64,000 nucleotides of DNA from Rikenellaceae bacterium (GTDB taxonomy: Bacteria; Bacteroidota; Bacteroidia; Bacteroidales; Rikenellaceae): assembly GCA_015060165.1 (NCBI GenBank), contig SUZC01000006.1, forward strand, positions 49,744 through 113,743, written 5' to 3'. Every line of letters begins with the position of its first letter. The first letter of the stretch is position 1. The position numbers and the translations under genes were made by a program. The notes below the pieces were generated by a model. It ran no database searches. It saw nothing but the letters and a program-made list of their open reading frames with translations, and was not told the DNA's origin. This document shows, piece after piece, positions 26,793 through 38,800 of the stretch.

Positions 26793-29093
26793 ATGAAATT
26801 CAAATTTTGGCTTACTGCACTGCTCGTGTTCATTGCAGCAGCGACTGCCAATGCCAACAATACTCAGCCTGTAGATTTGGTGCGACCAATGATGGGAACA
26901 TCCAACAATGGATGCGTGGCGCCCGTTGCAGCTGCGCCATTTGGCATGGTCGAATTATGTCCCGACACATTCTTCTCTGCTTCGGGTTACATATATCATC
27001 ACGGCCACATATACGGATTCAGCCATACCCACAAATCAGGAGTAGGAGGCACCGACTTCAAGGATATTATGTTTTTCCCGCTCTCACAGCCAGCATGGAC
27101 CGATAAAGCACAATGCCCGCCACGAGTATCGAGCCGTTTTTCACACGACAAAGAACACGTTGAGCCTGGATACTACAGGGTAACACTTCTCGACAGCAAC
27201 ATAGAGGCCGAACTTACCGCCACAAAGCGATGCGGCATGCACCGATACAGCTATCCCGCAGGGGCTCCAAGGCAACTTCTAATAGACCTTAAACATGGTT
27301 GTGAACACGCCTGCACGATAATTCCAGAGGATGATTTCGATACGGTAAAGTTATCCTACATAGAGATGGTGGATGCGCGTTCGATACGCGGTTATCGCAT
27401 ATCGAACGGTTGGGCACCCGAGCAGCATGTCTACTTCTACGCCGAGTTATCGGAACCAGTGAAAGGGTATAAAATCTACCACGACCGCAACCATCAGCCC
27501 AATGCCAAATCGGCCAAAGGATGCGATGTTAGAGCGCTACTATCATTCGGTCAAAGCGACAATCCGATCGTTGCACGCGTAGGCATCTCACCGGTGAGTA
27601 TGGAGGGAGCAAGACGCAACTTGAAAGCCGAGATAAAAACATTCGACTTCGACCGCGTTCGTGCCGCCACACGAAATGAGTGGAACACTACCCTATCGGC
27701 CATCGAGATAGCAGATGCCGACACCCAACAAAAGGAGGTTTTCTACACCTGCCTATACTTTGCTCACCTCTATCCGCAACTCTACTCCGACGTAACGGGC
27801 GAATACCGCAGTTCCGATTCGAAGGTATATCGCGGTAAATTCAACTACTATGGTGGAGTCTTCAGTCCCTGGGATACATTCCGCACGCAGATACCACTGA
27901 TGAACATTCTTCATCCCGAAGTTACGCGCGACCTGGCAAAAACGATGCTCGAACACTACCGCCACTGCGGACAATTACCTATATGGTTGCTGGCCGGGGT
28001 GGAGACGATGTGTATGATTGGCTACAATTCGATGCCCGTAATTGCCGATATCTACTCAAAAGGAGTCCGAGGATTCGATGCCGAAGCACTATTCGAGGCA
28101 ATGAAAGCATCGGCCAACCGCGATACATTCGGATACTTCCTGCGCGATTTCAGAGGAGCCAGGTACTATAACCAATACGGATATGTTCCGTTCGACAAGG
28201 AGATAACATCAGTATCGAAGACCCTGGAGTACTGCTATGCCGATTGGTGCATTGCGCAGATGGCTCGTATGCTTGGGCACGATGAGGATTACGCCACCTA
28301 CATCGAACGGGCCAAGCGATACCGCAATCTATTCGACAGCGAGACAAAATTTATGCGAGGCCGCGATTCGAATGGTAATTGGCGTACTCCGTTTGACCCA
28401 TTCTATTCAAATCACTACCAGCCCGACGACGACTTCTGCGAGGGAACATCGTGGCAATGGAGTTTCTTTGTTCCACACGATATTGCAGGTCTTGCCGAAC
28501 TATACGGTGGAGAAGAGAAGTTTGTCGAGAAGCTCGACTCGCTATTCCTAGTAAGTTCTGAACTTCACGGTCCCAACCCTGCACCCGATATCACAGGTCG
28601 CATAGGACAATACGCCCACGGCAACGAGCCTGGTCACCACACACTATACATCTACAACTACATCGGTCAACCCTGGAAGGCACAGCACCGAATAAGCGAG
28701 ATACTCTACACGCTCTACAACACCAACCACTACGGAATGTGCGGTAACGATGACTGCGGACAGATGTCTGCCTGGTACATAATGAGCGCTATGGGTTTCT
28801 ACCCTATGACTCACGGAGAGGGGATATATTGCATTGGAACACCGATATTCAAAGATGTAACATTACACCATAAAAAAGGATCGCTACGAATAGTAGCGCC
28901 AAAGGCCTCGCGCGAGAATTGTTACGTGCAGTCTGTCACACTCAACGGCAAACCATATTCGCGTAACTACCTTATGCACGACGAAATATTCAAAGGCAAC
29001 AATACACTTCGTTTCGAGATGGGCAATCACCCCAACAAGGAGTGGGGAAGTGCAAAAGAGAATCGCCCACCTTCAATGAGCGACAGAGAATAG
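26793..29093 (+). CDS. GH92-family alpha-mannosidase
   Basis: Signal peptide; GH92-typical HGNEPGHH and CGNDDCGQMSAWY motifs, 766 aa. Confidence 0.9.
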   Translation: MKFKFWLTALLVFIAAATANANNTQPVDLVRPMMGTSNNGCVAPVAAAPFGMVELCPDTFFSASGYIYHHGHIYGFSHTHKSGVGGTDFKDIMFFPLSQPAWTDKAQCPPRVSSRFSHDKEHVEPGYYRVTLLDSNIEAELTATKRCGMHRYSYPAGAPRQLLIDLKHGCEHACTIIPEDDFDTVKLSYIEMVDARSIRGYRISNGWAPEQHVYFYAELSEPVKGYKIYHDRNHQPNAKSAKGCDVRALLSFGQSDNPIVARVGISPVSMEGARRNLKAEIKTFDFDRVRAATRNEWNTTLSAIEIADADTQQKEVFYTCLYFAHLYPQLYSDVTGEYRSSDSKVYRGKFNYYGGVFSPWDTFRTQIPLMNILHPEVTRDLAKTMLEHYRHCGQLPIWLLAGVETMCMIGYNSMPVIADIYSKGVRGFDAEALFEAMKASANRDTFGYFLRDFRGARYYNQYGYVPFDKEITSVSKTLEYCYADWCIAQMARMLGHDEDYATYIERAKRYRNLFDSETKFMRGRDSNGNWRTPFDPFYSNHYQPDDDFCEGTSWQWSFFVPHDIAGLAELYGGEEKFVEKLDSLFLVSSELHGPNPAPDITGRIGQYAHGNEPGHHTLYIYNYIGQPWKAQHRISEILYTLYNTNHYGMCGNDDCGQMSAWYIMSAMGFYPMTHGEGIYCIGTPIFKDVTLHHKKGSLRIVAPKASRENCYVQSVTLNGKPYSRNYLMHDEIFKGNNTLRFEMGNHPNKEWGSAKENRPPSMSDRE

Positions 29094-29150
29094 CCTGAAG
29101 ATATTAGCTCAGCACATTTTTTCATCACACAACAACGAATGGATAATACT

Positions 29151-29197
29151 AAAAACAGAGTGGGACTTAATTCAAATTAGTCCCACTCTGTTTTTTT
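29151..29197. terminator. Bidirectional intrinsic terminator between GH92 and beta-barrel gene
   Basis: 12-bp stem cagagtgggact / agtcccactctg with flanking A5 and T7. Confidence 0.8.
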
Positions 29198-29254
29198 ACT
29201 ATCAAATATGCACTCCCTTTCGGGATTGGTAAAAACCAGTTGTTGCCGTAAATG

Positions 29255-30898
29255 CTAAAATGTAAATTTAGCACCCACAAGACCCTGCGGAGAATCTTTA
29301 TAATAGTGCAACCACTCGTAAACCTTGCTACCGGTCAAATTGCGGCCCTCAGCAAACACCGCCCAACGCTCGTTGATTCGCCACTCAGCCTCAACACCCA
29401 AAGTAAATGTTCCATCGGTCTTGATGTAGCTCATCTGAGAATTGTCATCCATCGTGAGCCACTTAATGCTACTCTTATAACCGAGATTTATACCTGCCGT
29501 AATCTTACGTCCTGTATAACGCAAATCCAACCCTGCATCAAAACTTGGTCTATTGCTATAATAAGAATCGTAATTCTCCCATGCATATACTCCCACTGCA
29601 ACCTCGGCCTCAAACCATCCTGCAGGACGTAACTTCATCTGACCATCAATGCGCAAGCTATATTGATATGCTGTCGCAAAGTAGTAATCGGCACCGTGGC
29701 TATACCAATAGAGATGCTCATCGGCTAACGCCAACTCTGCCGACAGGCTATACGAAAACACTCTCTTTCCCAAGCTGCCACCAAATCCAATACGACCGTT
29801 ATATACCGATTCATTAGGCAGAGCCGAAAGCTCCTCGCCGGTAGTTTCAACGGGGCTAAAATAGGGATTTTCATACATCAATGAGCCGAAATCGTGACGC
29901 TTCAAGCCTCCATCGACCTCAACAAATGGCACAAAACCCTCAGAGCTATTCTTCCACGTCATACGCAAATATGGGAAGATATGGAGCGGCGTATCGGTCG
30001 CATTTGAGACTTTATCGTGGTAATAATCAGCTCCGAGCAAGAACTCAAAACGATTACTACTGATTCCATATCGAGCACCAGCCATCAAGCTATTATTCTT
30101 GTAAGAGCCAAGCTGCTTCGAACCAAATATACCATCGTAACCAGCGTGAATACGCAACACATGCTTGCCAACCATCTTTCCCACAGCAACCTTAGCCGAG
30201 AGATTAGACTCGTTGAATTTAGCAATTTTGTTGCCATCGGCAAAGAGTCCACCCTGCAACTCAATATCGAAATTCCAGCGGCTCAAATCAGTGAAATCAT
30301 CTCCAAAACGGAGTTTCGCCTGACCCTTACCAAAATGTATACGCTCACCCGTTGTAGGATAACGATGACGCAACTGCTCATCACCATATATATCAAACTC
30401 CAATCGACGAGGGCCAAGGAACAATCCGGCACGGCCTCCCAAGCGGTTACTCAACTCCGCACGGGCATCGCTACGTTTCTCGTCTGTGTAAATCATCGGA
30501 CGCTTACGGTAATCGCCCCAGTGGTTGACATACGCCATAGCGTAACCTTTGTCCTTATTAAACGTTGAAACATAAGCATCAGCCTCGGTCGTGTAGGGAG
30601 CTCCAATAGCAGCACGCGCATAGAACGGACGCGAACGCTTGAAATCCCAATATGTAATGGTTGCAGGCTTGAAATTCTGCATCATAAGCGAGGTCTGATA
30701 CGAACGTGGGGTGATGGTATAGTCGATATCGGGATTCATCTTTACCGTATCGGACATATCGGGTACGATAGATAGCTTTTGGGCAGAGCTGATTGTGGGG
30801 GTATAATCCTTTGACACCTCAACCTGCTTGGCAACCTGTGCCGACGCTATGGCCGGCATCACAAGCAACAAAACAATAATATATGCTAATTTTCTCAT
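29255..30898 (-). CDS. Putative outer-membrane beta-barrel protein (unknown family)
   Basis: Signal peptide ending ASAQ, alternating-hydrophobic strand pattern, many Y/G/R, C-terminal aromatic signature GAKFTF. Confidence 0.5.
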   Translation of the reverse strand: MRKLAYIIVLLLVMPAIASAQVAKQVEVSKDYTPTISSAQKLSIVPDMSDTVKMNPDIDYTITPRSYQTSLMMQNFKPATITYWDFKRSRPFYARAAIGAPYTTEADAYVSTFNKDKGYAMAYVNHWGDYRKRPMIYTDEKRSDARAELSNRLGGRAGLFLGPRRLEFDIYGDEQLRHRYPTTGERIHFGKGQAKLRFGDDFTDLSRWNFDIELQGGLFADGNKIAKFNESNLSAKVAVGKMVGKHVLRIHAGYDGIFGSKQLGSYKNNSLMAGARYGISSNRFEFLLGADYYHDKVSNATDTPLHIFPYLRMTWKNSSEGFVPFVEVDGGLKRHDFGSLMYENPYFSPVETTGEELSALPNESVYNGRIGFGGSLGKRVFSYSLSAELALADEHLYWYSHGADYYFATAYQYSLRIDGQMKLRPAGWFEAEVAVGVYAWENYDSYYSNRPSFDAGLDLRYTGRKITAGINLGYKSSIKWLTMDDNSQMSYIKTDGTFTLGVEAEWRINERWAVFAEGRNLTGSKVYEWLHYYKDSPQGLVGAKFTF

Positions 30899-30901
30899 AG
30901 A

Positions 30902-33898
30902 CTACTTCATTTTAGCAATTTTACTTTTAGCCTCTGCTACAATTCCATCATCAGCAGGTGAATAACCATCGACTACACTCTGGTATGTTGCACGAGCCTG
31001 GAAACTATCCTGACGCGCCATATATATATCACCAAGCAATATAAAGGCCTTTGCCAACCAATAGTTCTGCGGAGTTTTGCTATCAGAGAATGCATAGACC
31101 ATCTTCTCGGCCTTATCATAATTCTTAGCTTTGAACTCGGCCTCAATCATTCTATATCGCGACTCGGCACCCTCAGCACTCTTCACCTCGACACTAAGGC
31201 TCTTATAGATTGCCATAGCCTCCTTCTCTTTGCCTTGGCGTGTAAGAACACTTGCCTTAGCATACTGCGACTTACGACGTGCCACATCGTTTACCTCGGC
31301 CATCTTCTCAACATCATCGGCCATCTTTACCAATCCCTCATCATCGGCATACTTCAAAGTCGAAGCCACATATCCCGATGCTGCATTAATCTTAGCCGCT
31401 GAGGTCGAAGCCTCATCATACAACGAGCGATAAGCTACGGCTGCCTGCTCAAACATCTCCTTCTTATAACACATCGACGAGAGTTTATCAAGCACACGTT
31501 CCGAGTATTGATTATGACCCTCTGCAGCAAGGGTTGTAAGGCTCTTGATAGCATCATCATCGCGACCATCGCGCACGTAACAATCGCTCAAGAAGAACAA
31601 TGCATCGTTGCGATAATAACCCTTTGGATAGTTGTTCAGATAATTCGTAAAGCTGCTGATTGCCTGCTCGGTCTTATTCTCCAAATAGAGCTTCTGAGCT
31701 GCTACATACGACATTGAGTCACGTGTCATCTGGCTGACATTGCCTTCCAATCCCAACTTCTGCGCATAGTCAAAATAGGCATCGGCATCGCCCTTTGAGA
31801 TATAGATTTCGCGAATACCCTGCATTGCGCTCTTCGATTGCGAAGACTTAGGAGCAGCCTTAACGACCATATCATAATAGGTCAAAGCCTTATCACGCTC
31901 ACCCAAATTCATATATGCAAGGCCCAAATCCGACAACGCTTGTGAATAGTACTTCGAATTAGGATACTGGCCAATAAACTGCTCAAGAATCTTCACTCCG
32001 GCAGAGTATTGCTCATCGGCAATGTATGTACGACCCAACTCATAGGTTGCAGCATCGACATAATCACCTCGGTCGCTACGCACGATGCGTTGCAAGAGAT
32101 TGATCTTATCGCTTCGCTTATTCTGAACACCGAGCGTGATAGCTCGCTGGTACTCGGCGTAATATCGCTCAACAGTACCCAACGATGAAGCCTGATCGTA
32201 ACACTCCACAGCCTCAGCAAAGCGGCGAGCCGCATAGTGTACATCACCACGACGGTTGAGCGCATCGGCGCGATATGAGTCGCGAGTAGGATATACCGCC
32301 AGAAATCTATCAAAGGCAGTACCTGCGGCATCCATATCCTCATCATTGAAGTAACAATAACCCATATTGTATTGAGCCATAGCATATTCTCGACTTCCAC
32401 GAGGTGCTCGACCCAAGAAACTGCGATAGCGTTGCAAAGCCACACCACTATCACCCTTGGCATAGGCAATCTCACCCAACCAGAATGTAGCCAAAGCACT
32501 ATATTTTGCATTTGAGCCCACACTGGTAGATTCGGTTAGCGAAGCCTCGGCTGCGGCTAACTCTCCTTGCGAATATGCATCCAGTCCATTGAAATAGGCT
32601 ATCTTCTGCAATGCAAGCAGAGCTTCATTGTCGGGGTTAGGCAAGCTCTTGATTGCATCGTAAGCCTCAGAATAGTTATGTGAGTTATAGTATGCAGCAA
32701 TAAGCAACTGGTGAGCCTCATCGGCACGCTCCGATGAAGGATACTGATCGAGATAACGAGTCAATACATTTATCGCCTCGTTAAATACACCGCCTCCCAA
32801 CTCATACTGCAATTTACCATAATTAAACAACGCATCCTCGGCAATGCCCTTATCGAACGATGCCGATGAAGCCATTGCAAACGAGTGCATAGCATTAGCT
32901 TTATCGCCCTCACGAAGATAACAATCGGCCAAATGGTATGATGCATTTTGAGTAAGCATATCGTCGGCACCACACGCCTCACGCAGATAATCATCGGCCT
33001 GATCGTAGAGCGTCTGGCGATATAGAGAATATCCCATTATATAGTTCTCCACGCGACCCATATTACCACCACCCGACTTATATGCAGTCATATATTTTAC
33101 CGAATTGGCAAAATTACCAAGCTGAAACCACGACTCTGCCATCATTCGACGAATCTGCTGAGCCTGATCGTCGGTAGTAGCGGCAATGAGCGTATCACCC
33201 TTATCGACTACTGCCTGATAGTTACCGCCCTTGAAATCAATCTGCATCAAATAGAAAGGCATCAAATCGCGATACTGCGGACTATCACCCAACGCTGTGA
33301 AACCATTACGGGCACTCTCCAAATCACCAGCAGCATAGGCCATATAGGATTTGTAATAAAGAGCGTGGTCACCATACTCCGTACCAGATGCTATGCGACC
33401 AAAGTATTTACCAGCCTGCTCATAATCACCCTCGGTGAATGCCATATATCCCATACGAAGATCATACTTTTCGCGATTCTGCGGATCGAGATGCTCGTAA
33501 CGCACCTTCGACAATTCGGCTTTCGCATTCTGTGTATCACCCACCATACAATAATGTGCGCCCAAAGCGAACTGCACCTCATTGGCAAACGATGAACCGT
33601 GATATTCAGCCAGGAATCTCTTCATACGACTCTCGGCATCTTTCATTTTGAGCTGCGAATCGCATAGAGCCAAATAGTAATCGATCTTCTCCACCTCGGC
33701 TCTATCCTTTATCGACGAGAGCTGCTCACGTAGAGTGACAAGTTCTGCACGAGCCTCGGCCCAATGGTCGAAATTGTAGAGCGATATGGCGCGTTTCAAA
33801 GCCTCGTCGGTCGAGATCGATTGAGCCATAACTGATGCCCAACCGCCACACACCATAAATGCTGCTAATATGAATAATTTTTTACGCATAATTTTCAC
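30902..33898 (-). CDS. Large secreted tetratricopeptide-repeat protein
   Basis: 998 aa, signal peptide, recurrent A/Y/L TPR-like periodicity through whole length; 3-nt gap to downstream barrel gene. Confidence 0.7.
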   Translation of the reverse strand: MKIMRKKLFILAAFMVCGGWASVMAQSISTDEALKRAISLYNFDHWAEARAELVTLREQLSSIKDRAEVEKIDYYLALCDSQLKMKDAESRMKRFLAEYHGSSFANEVQFALGAHYCMVGDTQNAKAELSKVRYEHLDPQNREKYDLRMGYMAFTEGDYEQAGKYFGRIASGTEYGDHALYYKSYMAYAAGDLESARNGFTALGDSPQYRDLMPFYLMQIDFKGGNYQAVVDKGDTLIAATTDDQAQQIRRMMAESWFQLGNFANSVKYMTAYKSGGGNMGRVENYIMGYSLYRQTLYDQADDYLREACGADDMLTQNASYHLADCYLREGDKANAMHSFAMASSASFDKGIAEDALFNYGKLQYELGGGVFNEAINVLTRYLDQYPSSERADEAHQLLIAAYYNSHNYSEAYDAIKSLPNPDNEALLALQKIAYFNGLDAYSQGELAAAEASLTESTSVGSNAKYSALATFWLGEIAYAKGDSGVALQRYRSFLGRAPRGSREYAMAQYNMGYCYFNDEDMDAAGTAFDRFLAVYPTRDSYRADALNRRGDVHYAARRFAEAVECYDQASSLGTVERYYAEYQRAITLGVQNKRSDKINLLQRIVRSDRGDYVDAATYELGRTYIADEQYSAGVKILEQFIGQYPNSKYYSQALSDLGLAYMNLGERDKALTYYDMVVKAAPKSSQSKSAMQGIREIYISKGDADAYFDYAQKLGLEGNVSQMTRDSMSYVAAQKLYLENKTEQAISSFTNYLNNYPKGYYRNDALFFLSDCYVRDGRDDDAIKSLTTLAAEGHNQYSERVLDKLSSMCYKKEMFEQAAVAYRSLYDEASTSAAKINAASGYVASTLKYADDEGLVKMADDVEKMAEVNDVARRKSQYAKASVLTRQGKEKEAMAIYKSLSVEVKSAEGAESRYRMIEAEFKAKNYDKAEKMVYAFSDSKTPQNYWLAKAFILLGDIYMARQDSFQARATYQSVVDGYSPADDGIVAEAKSKIAKMK

Positions 33899-33913
33899 GT
33901 TTTATACAACTTG

Positions 33914-33921
33914 CAAAGATA
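33914..33921 (-). promoter_or_regulatory. Bacteroides-type -7 box (TATCTTTG) for TPR/barrel operon
   Basis: TAnnTTTG 16 nt upstream of ATG 33898 (25 nt from alternative ATG 33889). Confidence 0.4.
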
Positions 33922-34042
33922 ATTATTTTGATGCAAACGGTCAATAAAGGAACGATTATTGTCATCACATTATTGCACAAAATAGGCATAAGTTGCCCAG
34001 CGGTGGCTCGTGCCTCAACATTTTATCATAAAAATCACATCT

Positions 34043-34453
34043 ATGGACAACACACAGAAAGTTACCGTTGAACTTAAAAACGGCAAATTCCGACTTCGTG
34101 AGGGTCTGAAAAGCGACGACCTGAACCCCAAAGCACTCATTCTCTACTCGGCTGCACAATGTGCAGGATTGACCATAATGGGAATGCTCCGCAAGGACAA
34201 CATTATCCCCAAGAGATTGGAGATTACTATCGAAGGAGTGCTCAACACCCCTACTCTGATGGCCGAGAGCAGATATCGCAGTTTCAACATCACATATCGG
34301 GTAGAGTGCAAGAGTTTGGCCGACCAGAATAGTGTTAGCTACGCTGTACGCGAAGCGCAGGACAACCAATGTGGAGTAGTGGCAATGTTGAAGATGATTG
34401 CTCCCGTTGCACACGAGATATCGATTGTCAGTTCAGAATCGGTAAGTGTATAG
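34043..34453 (+). CDS. OsmC-family protein
   Basis: About 136 aa with two Cys in OsmC-like contexts (AAQCAG, DNQCGV); start set at ATG 34043. Confidence 0.55.
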   Translation: MDNTQKVTVELKNGKFRLREGLKSDDLNPKALILYSAAQCAGLTIMGMLRKDNIIPKRLEITIEGVLNTPTLMAESRYRSFNITYRVECKSLADQNSVSYAVREAQDNQCGVVAMLKMIAPVAHEISIVSSESVSV

Positions 34454-34465
34454 GATACGACATAC

Positions 34466-34511
34466 AAAATTTACCCCTCCGCAGGCTAATCCCTGGGAGG
34501 GGTAAATTTTT
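34466..34511. terminator. Bidirectional intrinsic terminator between OsmC-like and TolC genes
   Basis: 15-bp stem aaaatttacccctcc / ggaggggtaaatttt. Confidence 0.8.
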
Positions 34512-34554
34512 GCAATACGTTCGACGTATATTTCAGGTATAATACACCAACCTA

Positions 34555-35811
34555 TCACTCAATACCAAAACCCGTAACGAGCTGATACTCCGAAACTGCC
34601 ACTGCATAATTGAATCGTGCTGTGATAGCATTGGTGTAGATCTGAATCCAACTTATTTGTGCCTGTAACACATCCAGAACTGTAGCCTGACCCTCATTGT
34701 AAGAGTAGGTGCTTATCGAGAGGTTTTCGCCTGCAATGGAGAGATTGTGAAGCGACGACTGCATCTGCGAATAACTACTTATTAGCGCACTCCACGCATT
34801 GGCCTCCTGCATCACCACATCCTCTTCCAACTGCTCCAGATTATTGACTGCAACAGAGACATCGGTCTGAGACTTGCCAACTGCATAGCGGCGTTCACCC
34901 CAATGAAAAATCGGGATATTGACGCCCAACATTACGGCTGCATCAAGAAAGGTTCGGCCCGAAGAGTTTGGTGTAAACGTCTGCCACGAGCCACTCACGC
35001 CTGCGGTTATCTTAGGGTTATATGTTGCCCGCACACGATTAACACCCAACTCAGCCGCCCGCAGCCGAGCTGCTGCCGACAACAAATCGGGACGACGTGA
35101 ACGAATCTCGTCGGGCAAAATTCGTTGCGGCAATGCCAATGAGTCGATTATAGACTCCGAGAGATGTATCTCTGAAGTTTCAGCGTCAATCACTCCTCGC
35201 AGATTATTAAATCGATTTATCGCAATCTGATAATTGTTTCGTGCGGCAATCTGCGAGAACTCGGCATCGCTCAATCGGGCCTCGACCTGCAACATATCGC
35301 TTTTTGCAGCATACCCCTCAGTAAATCGTTCTTTTACAACATCATATAGTGATGTAATAATTTTCACATATTCATCAGTAGCTGCCAAATAGAGCTGCAT
35401 TGCCGACACATTCCAATAGGCAAAATCGGCTGCATAACGCATATTAAGCATAACATTTTGACTATCACGAAGTGCCGATTGCAGCAAACTACGCGACTGG
35501 GCTAGAGCCGCCCTCGCCCCGGCACCATAAATCGTCTGCGTGATTTGCGGAGTAAGCGAACCCCCCCACAATTTATTATCTCCCGAACGTCGGAAACTCC
35601 TCGATATCGAACCACTGGCCGACAATGAAGGCAACATAGACGTTCGATTCAAACGTTCATCGGCCTCTGCTTTCAATATCGCCTGCTCGGCATTCATAAG
35701 CTCGGAACTTGCCGCATAGACACTATCGCGATAAGCTTGAAGCGAGATTTGGCATCGGGCTGATTGTATCGCAAATAAAGCTATTGGCAAAATTGATATC
35801 AATCGTATCAT
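34555..35811 (-). CDS. TolC-family outer-membrane efflux protein
   Basis: 418 aa, signal peptide, duplicated coiled-coil/beta architecture; last gene of MFP-RND-OMF operon. Confidence 0.85.
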   Translation of the reverse strand: MIRLISILPIALFAIQSARCQISLQAYRDSVYAASSELMNAEQAILKAEADERLNRTSMLPSLSASGSISRSFRRSGDNKLWGGSLTPQITQTIYGAGARAALAQSRSLLQSALRDSQNVMLNMRYAADFAYWNVSAMQLYLAATDEYVKIITSLYDVVKERFTEGYAAKSDMLQVEARLSDAEFSQIAARNNYQIAINRFNNLRGVIDAETSEIHLSESIIDSLALPQRILPDEIRSRRPDLLSAAARLRAAELGVNRVRATYNPKITAGVSGSWQTFTPNSSGRTFLDAAVMLGVNIPIFHWGERRYAVGKSQTDVSVAVNNLEQLEEDVVMQEANAWSALISSYSQMQSSLHNLSIAGENLSISTYSYNEGQATVLDVLQAQISWIQIYTNAITARFNYAVAVSEYQLVTGFGIE

Positions 35812-35819
35812 ATTGCAAA

Positions 35820-38800
35820 TTATTTCTCTGGTTTAATGTCGTAAAAAATCGAATACACCACAGGCAAAACCACCATCGTAAGGATTGTTGCAACCAAAAG
35901 GCCTCCCATAATTGTCGATGCCATTCCAGCAAACAGCGAATCGAAAAGTAGAGGAATAAGCGCCAAAATGGTCGTAATCGAAGCCATACACACCGGCAGA
36001 AGACGACTTCTGGCAGCCTCTACAATAGCATCATACGATGGTACTCCCGCTCGGCGCAGACGATTAATCGAACTAACCAATATCACAGCATTTTTAACAT
36101 TCATTCCCACCAGACCAAGTAAACCAAGCAGCGAGAAGAAGTCAAATTTGTTCCCCGTAAGAGATAGCCCAGCCACAACCCCAATGAAAATCAGTGGAGT
36201 CATAAACAGAATAACCAACGGATCGCGATAATTACCAAACAGCATAAGCAACACAACGAATATCAGCACCAGAGCCAATGGCATATTTGCACCCAAAGCC
36301 TGATTTGACTCCTGCTGCGACTCCTGCTCGCCAAATATATGCATAGAGTAACCCTCAGGCAGGTTAACTTGCGATTGGGCGGCAAGATAAATTTCCTCAA
36401 AAAGAGTATTGGCATTAACCCCATCCCTCGGATCGCATTGTGCCTTCATCACGCGTTGACGATTATAGCGTTTGACCACAGAAGGCAGAAAATCGAAATC
36501 GAAATGGCTGCTTGCCTGCTCGATTGAAAAGACATTGCCTCCTTGTGAGAATATTGGTATTGAACTCAGACTCGAAAGGTTGTATTCTTCAATATTATCA
36601 TCCTTGAGCAAGACTGGAATAAACTCGTCACCTCGACGGAACTGCGTCATAGGCAAGCCATCGGTTGCGAGCGTAATCCACTGCGCCATACGACTTCTGC
36701 TCACACCTATACGCTGACCTTTGATTTGAGAATAGACCGGCAGCCAAGTTGGGATGCGATTTCCCCAACTGTTTCGCACGTTCGTCGCATCGGGATTATC
36801 CCACATAATCTGCTCGACCTGATGAGTCAAATAACGCAAGGTATCAACATTAGGTCCAACAAAACCTATCTCAATAGTAGCATCGGGAACGGGCGAGAGT
36901 TTAAACAGCGAAGAACGCAACCACACATCGGGACACGAATCGGCCACAAACCTATCGAATCTGCGACGTACTAAATCGGCCGACCTGCTTCTGTCGACCT
37001 CAACAAGCAGATTTCCGTAATTTGGTCTCGATGAAAAATTACTGCTCGCCAAATAGTATCGCATAGGAGTTGACCCAGCCGTAGCCGAAACCTTCACGAC
37101 CTCTTTTTGGCGACGTAGCCAATCTGTCATCTGAAGCAAATTTTGCTGAGTATAGGTTATATCGCATCCCTCAGGAAGTATTACATCGGCCCGGAAATAT
37201 GGCTTATCGAGTTGAGGAAAGAAATTCTGTGGCATAAGTTTCATTACTACAATCGACAGCACAAACATCCACACGGCCATTAACACCACCACTGTTCGGT
37301 TTCGCAGCGACCAACGTAGCACCTTGTCGAACCAGCCGATTCGACCCTTATCTTCATAGTGAGGAATCAACCGCAACATCCGCTCACCAAATATCGGCAC
37401 CTGGCTCATAGCCAATACCCAGCTGAGTAATAACGATATAGCGATTACCACAAACAAAGGCTTAACAATCTCAGCTACCGATGAGGGTGCAAGATAGAGT
37501 GGCAAGAATGAAAATACAGCTATAAGTGTAGCCCCAAGCAATCCCCACTTTGGGACATCTGCCCCCTCTACCAAAGCTTTTCGAATAGGTACGCCTCGCT
37601 GAATGGACTTTTGAGCATTGTCGACTACCACAATTGCGTTATCGACCAACATTCCCATAGCAATGATGAACCCAGCCAATGAAGTGCGATTAATTCCCTC
37701 GCGAAAAGCATACATTACTAGCATCGTACCGCCTATGGTAAAGAGCAATGAAAGACCTATAAGTGAACCACTACGCAAACCCATCGCGAGCATTATCACT
37801 GCCACCACTATCAACACCGATTCCAACAGATTGAGCATAAACGAAAGATTGGCATCTCTCGCAATTTTATCCTCGGGATATAGCTCCACAATCTCCAGAC
37901 CGAGGGGCATCTCTGTCTGCAATTGTTGCAACAACTCTCGCACATTACGACCGATTTTCACCACATCGGCATCCTCCTCCGATGAGATGCCCACACCCAC
38001 TGCACGCTGGCCATCGACACTCATTAAACATTGCGGAGGATCCTGATAATCGAGTTCGATGCGAGCCACATCGCCCAAACGGAACTGTTTCCCATCCGGA
38101 GCTATAAGCAACTGATTGGCAATATCATCCACAGTAGAATAACTTCCCGTTTCGAGTACTCGTAGCATCATGTCGCCAGCCACCACAGCACCCGTATTTA
38201 CAACAGCATTCTGTTGCGACATCATCGCCACAATCATCTCTGGAGTGATGGAGAAATTTGCCAAAGTAGACTTGGTGATATATACATTCACAACAGGTTG
38301 TTGCTCGCCAAATAGAGCCACTTTCTGGACTCCTCCAACAGTTGCTGTACGGGTCTTGATGCGTTGAGCCCAATCACGTATCTCACTCCACGAGAAACCA
38401 TCATCGGCAACAAGCGCAAAATACAACCCATAGACATCGCTAAAATCGTCATTCACACTGACCGGCCCTGCATCAGAGGGCAGTTGCGACGAAAAATTAA
38501 GCACTTTTCGTCGCAGTTCATCCCACATCTGTGGTATCTGATTCGAGCGAATTGACGATTCAAGTTCGATGGTGATTTTCGATAAGCCGTAATAAGACTC
38601 CGATGTAATCTTTTTAACCCGTCGCATCGACTGTAACTCTCGGGCAAGGGGTTCGGAGATAAGTTGTTCCACCTGGAATGGAGTAGCTCCCGGATAGGGG
38701 CAACTCACCACAGCACTTTTAAGTACAAAAGTCGAGTCCTCCTTCTTGCCCATCTGCAAAAAGGCCCACACACCACCAACCACAAACAGAGCCAGCACAA

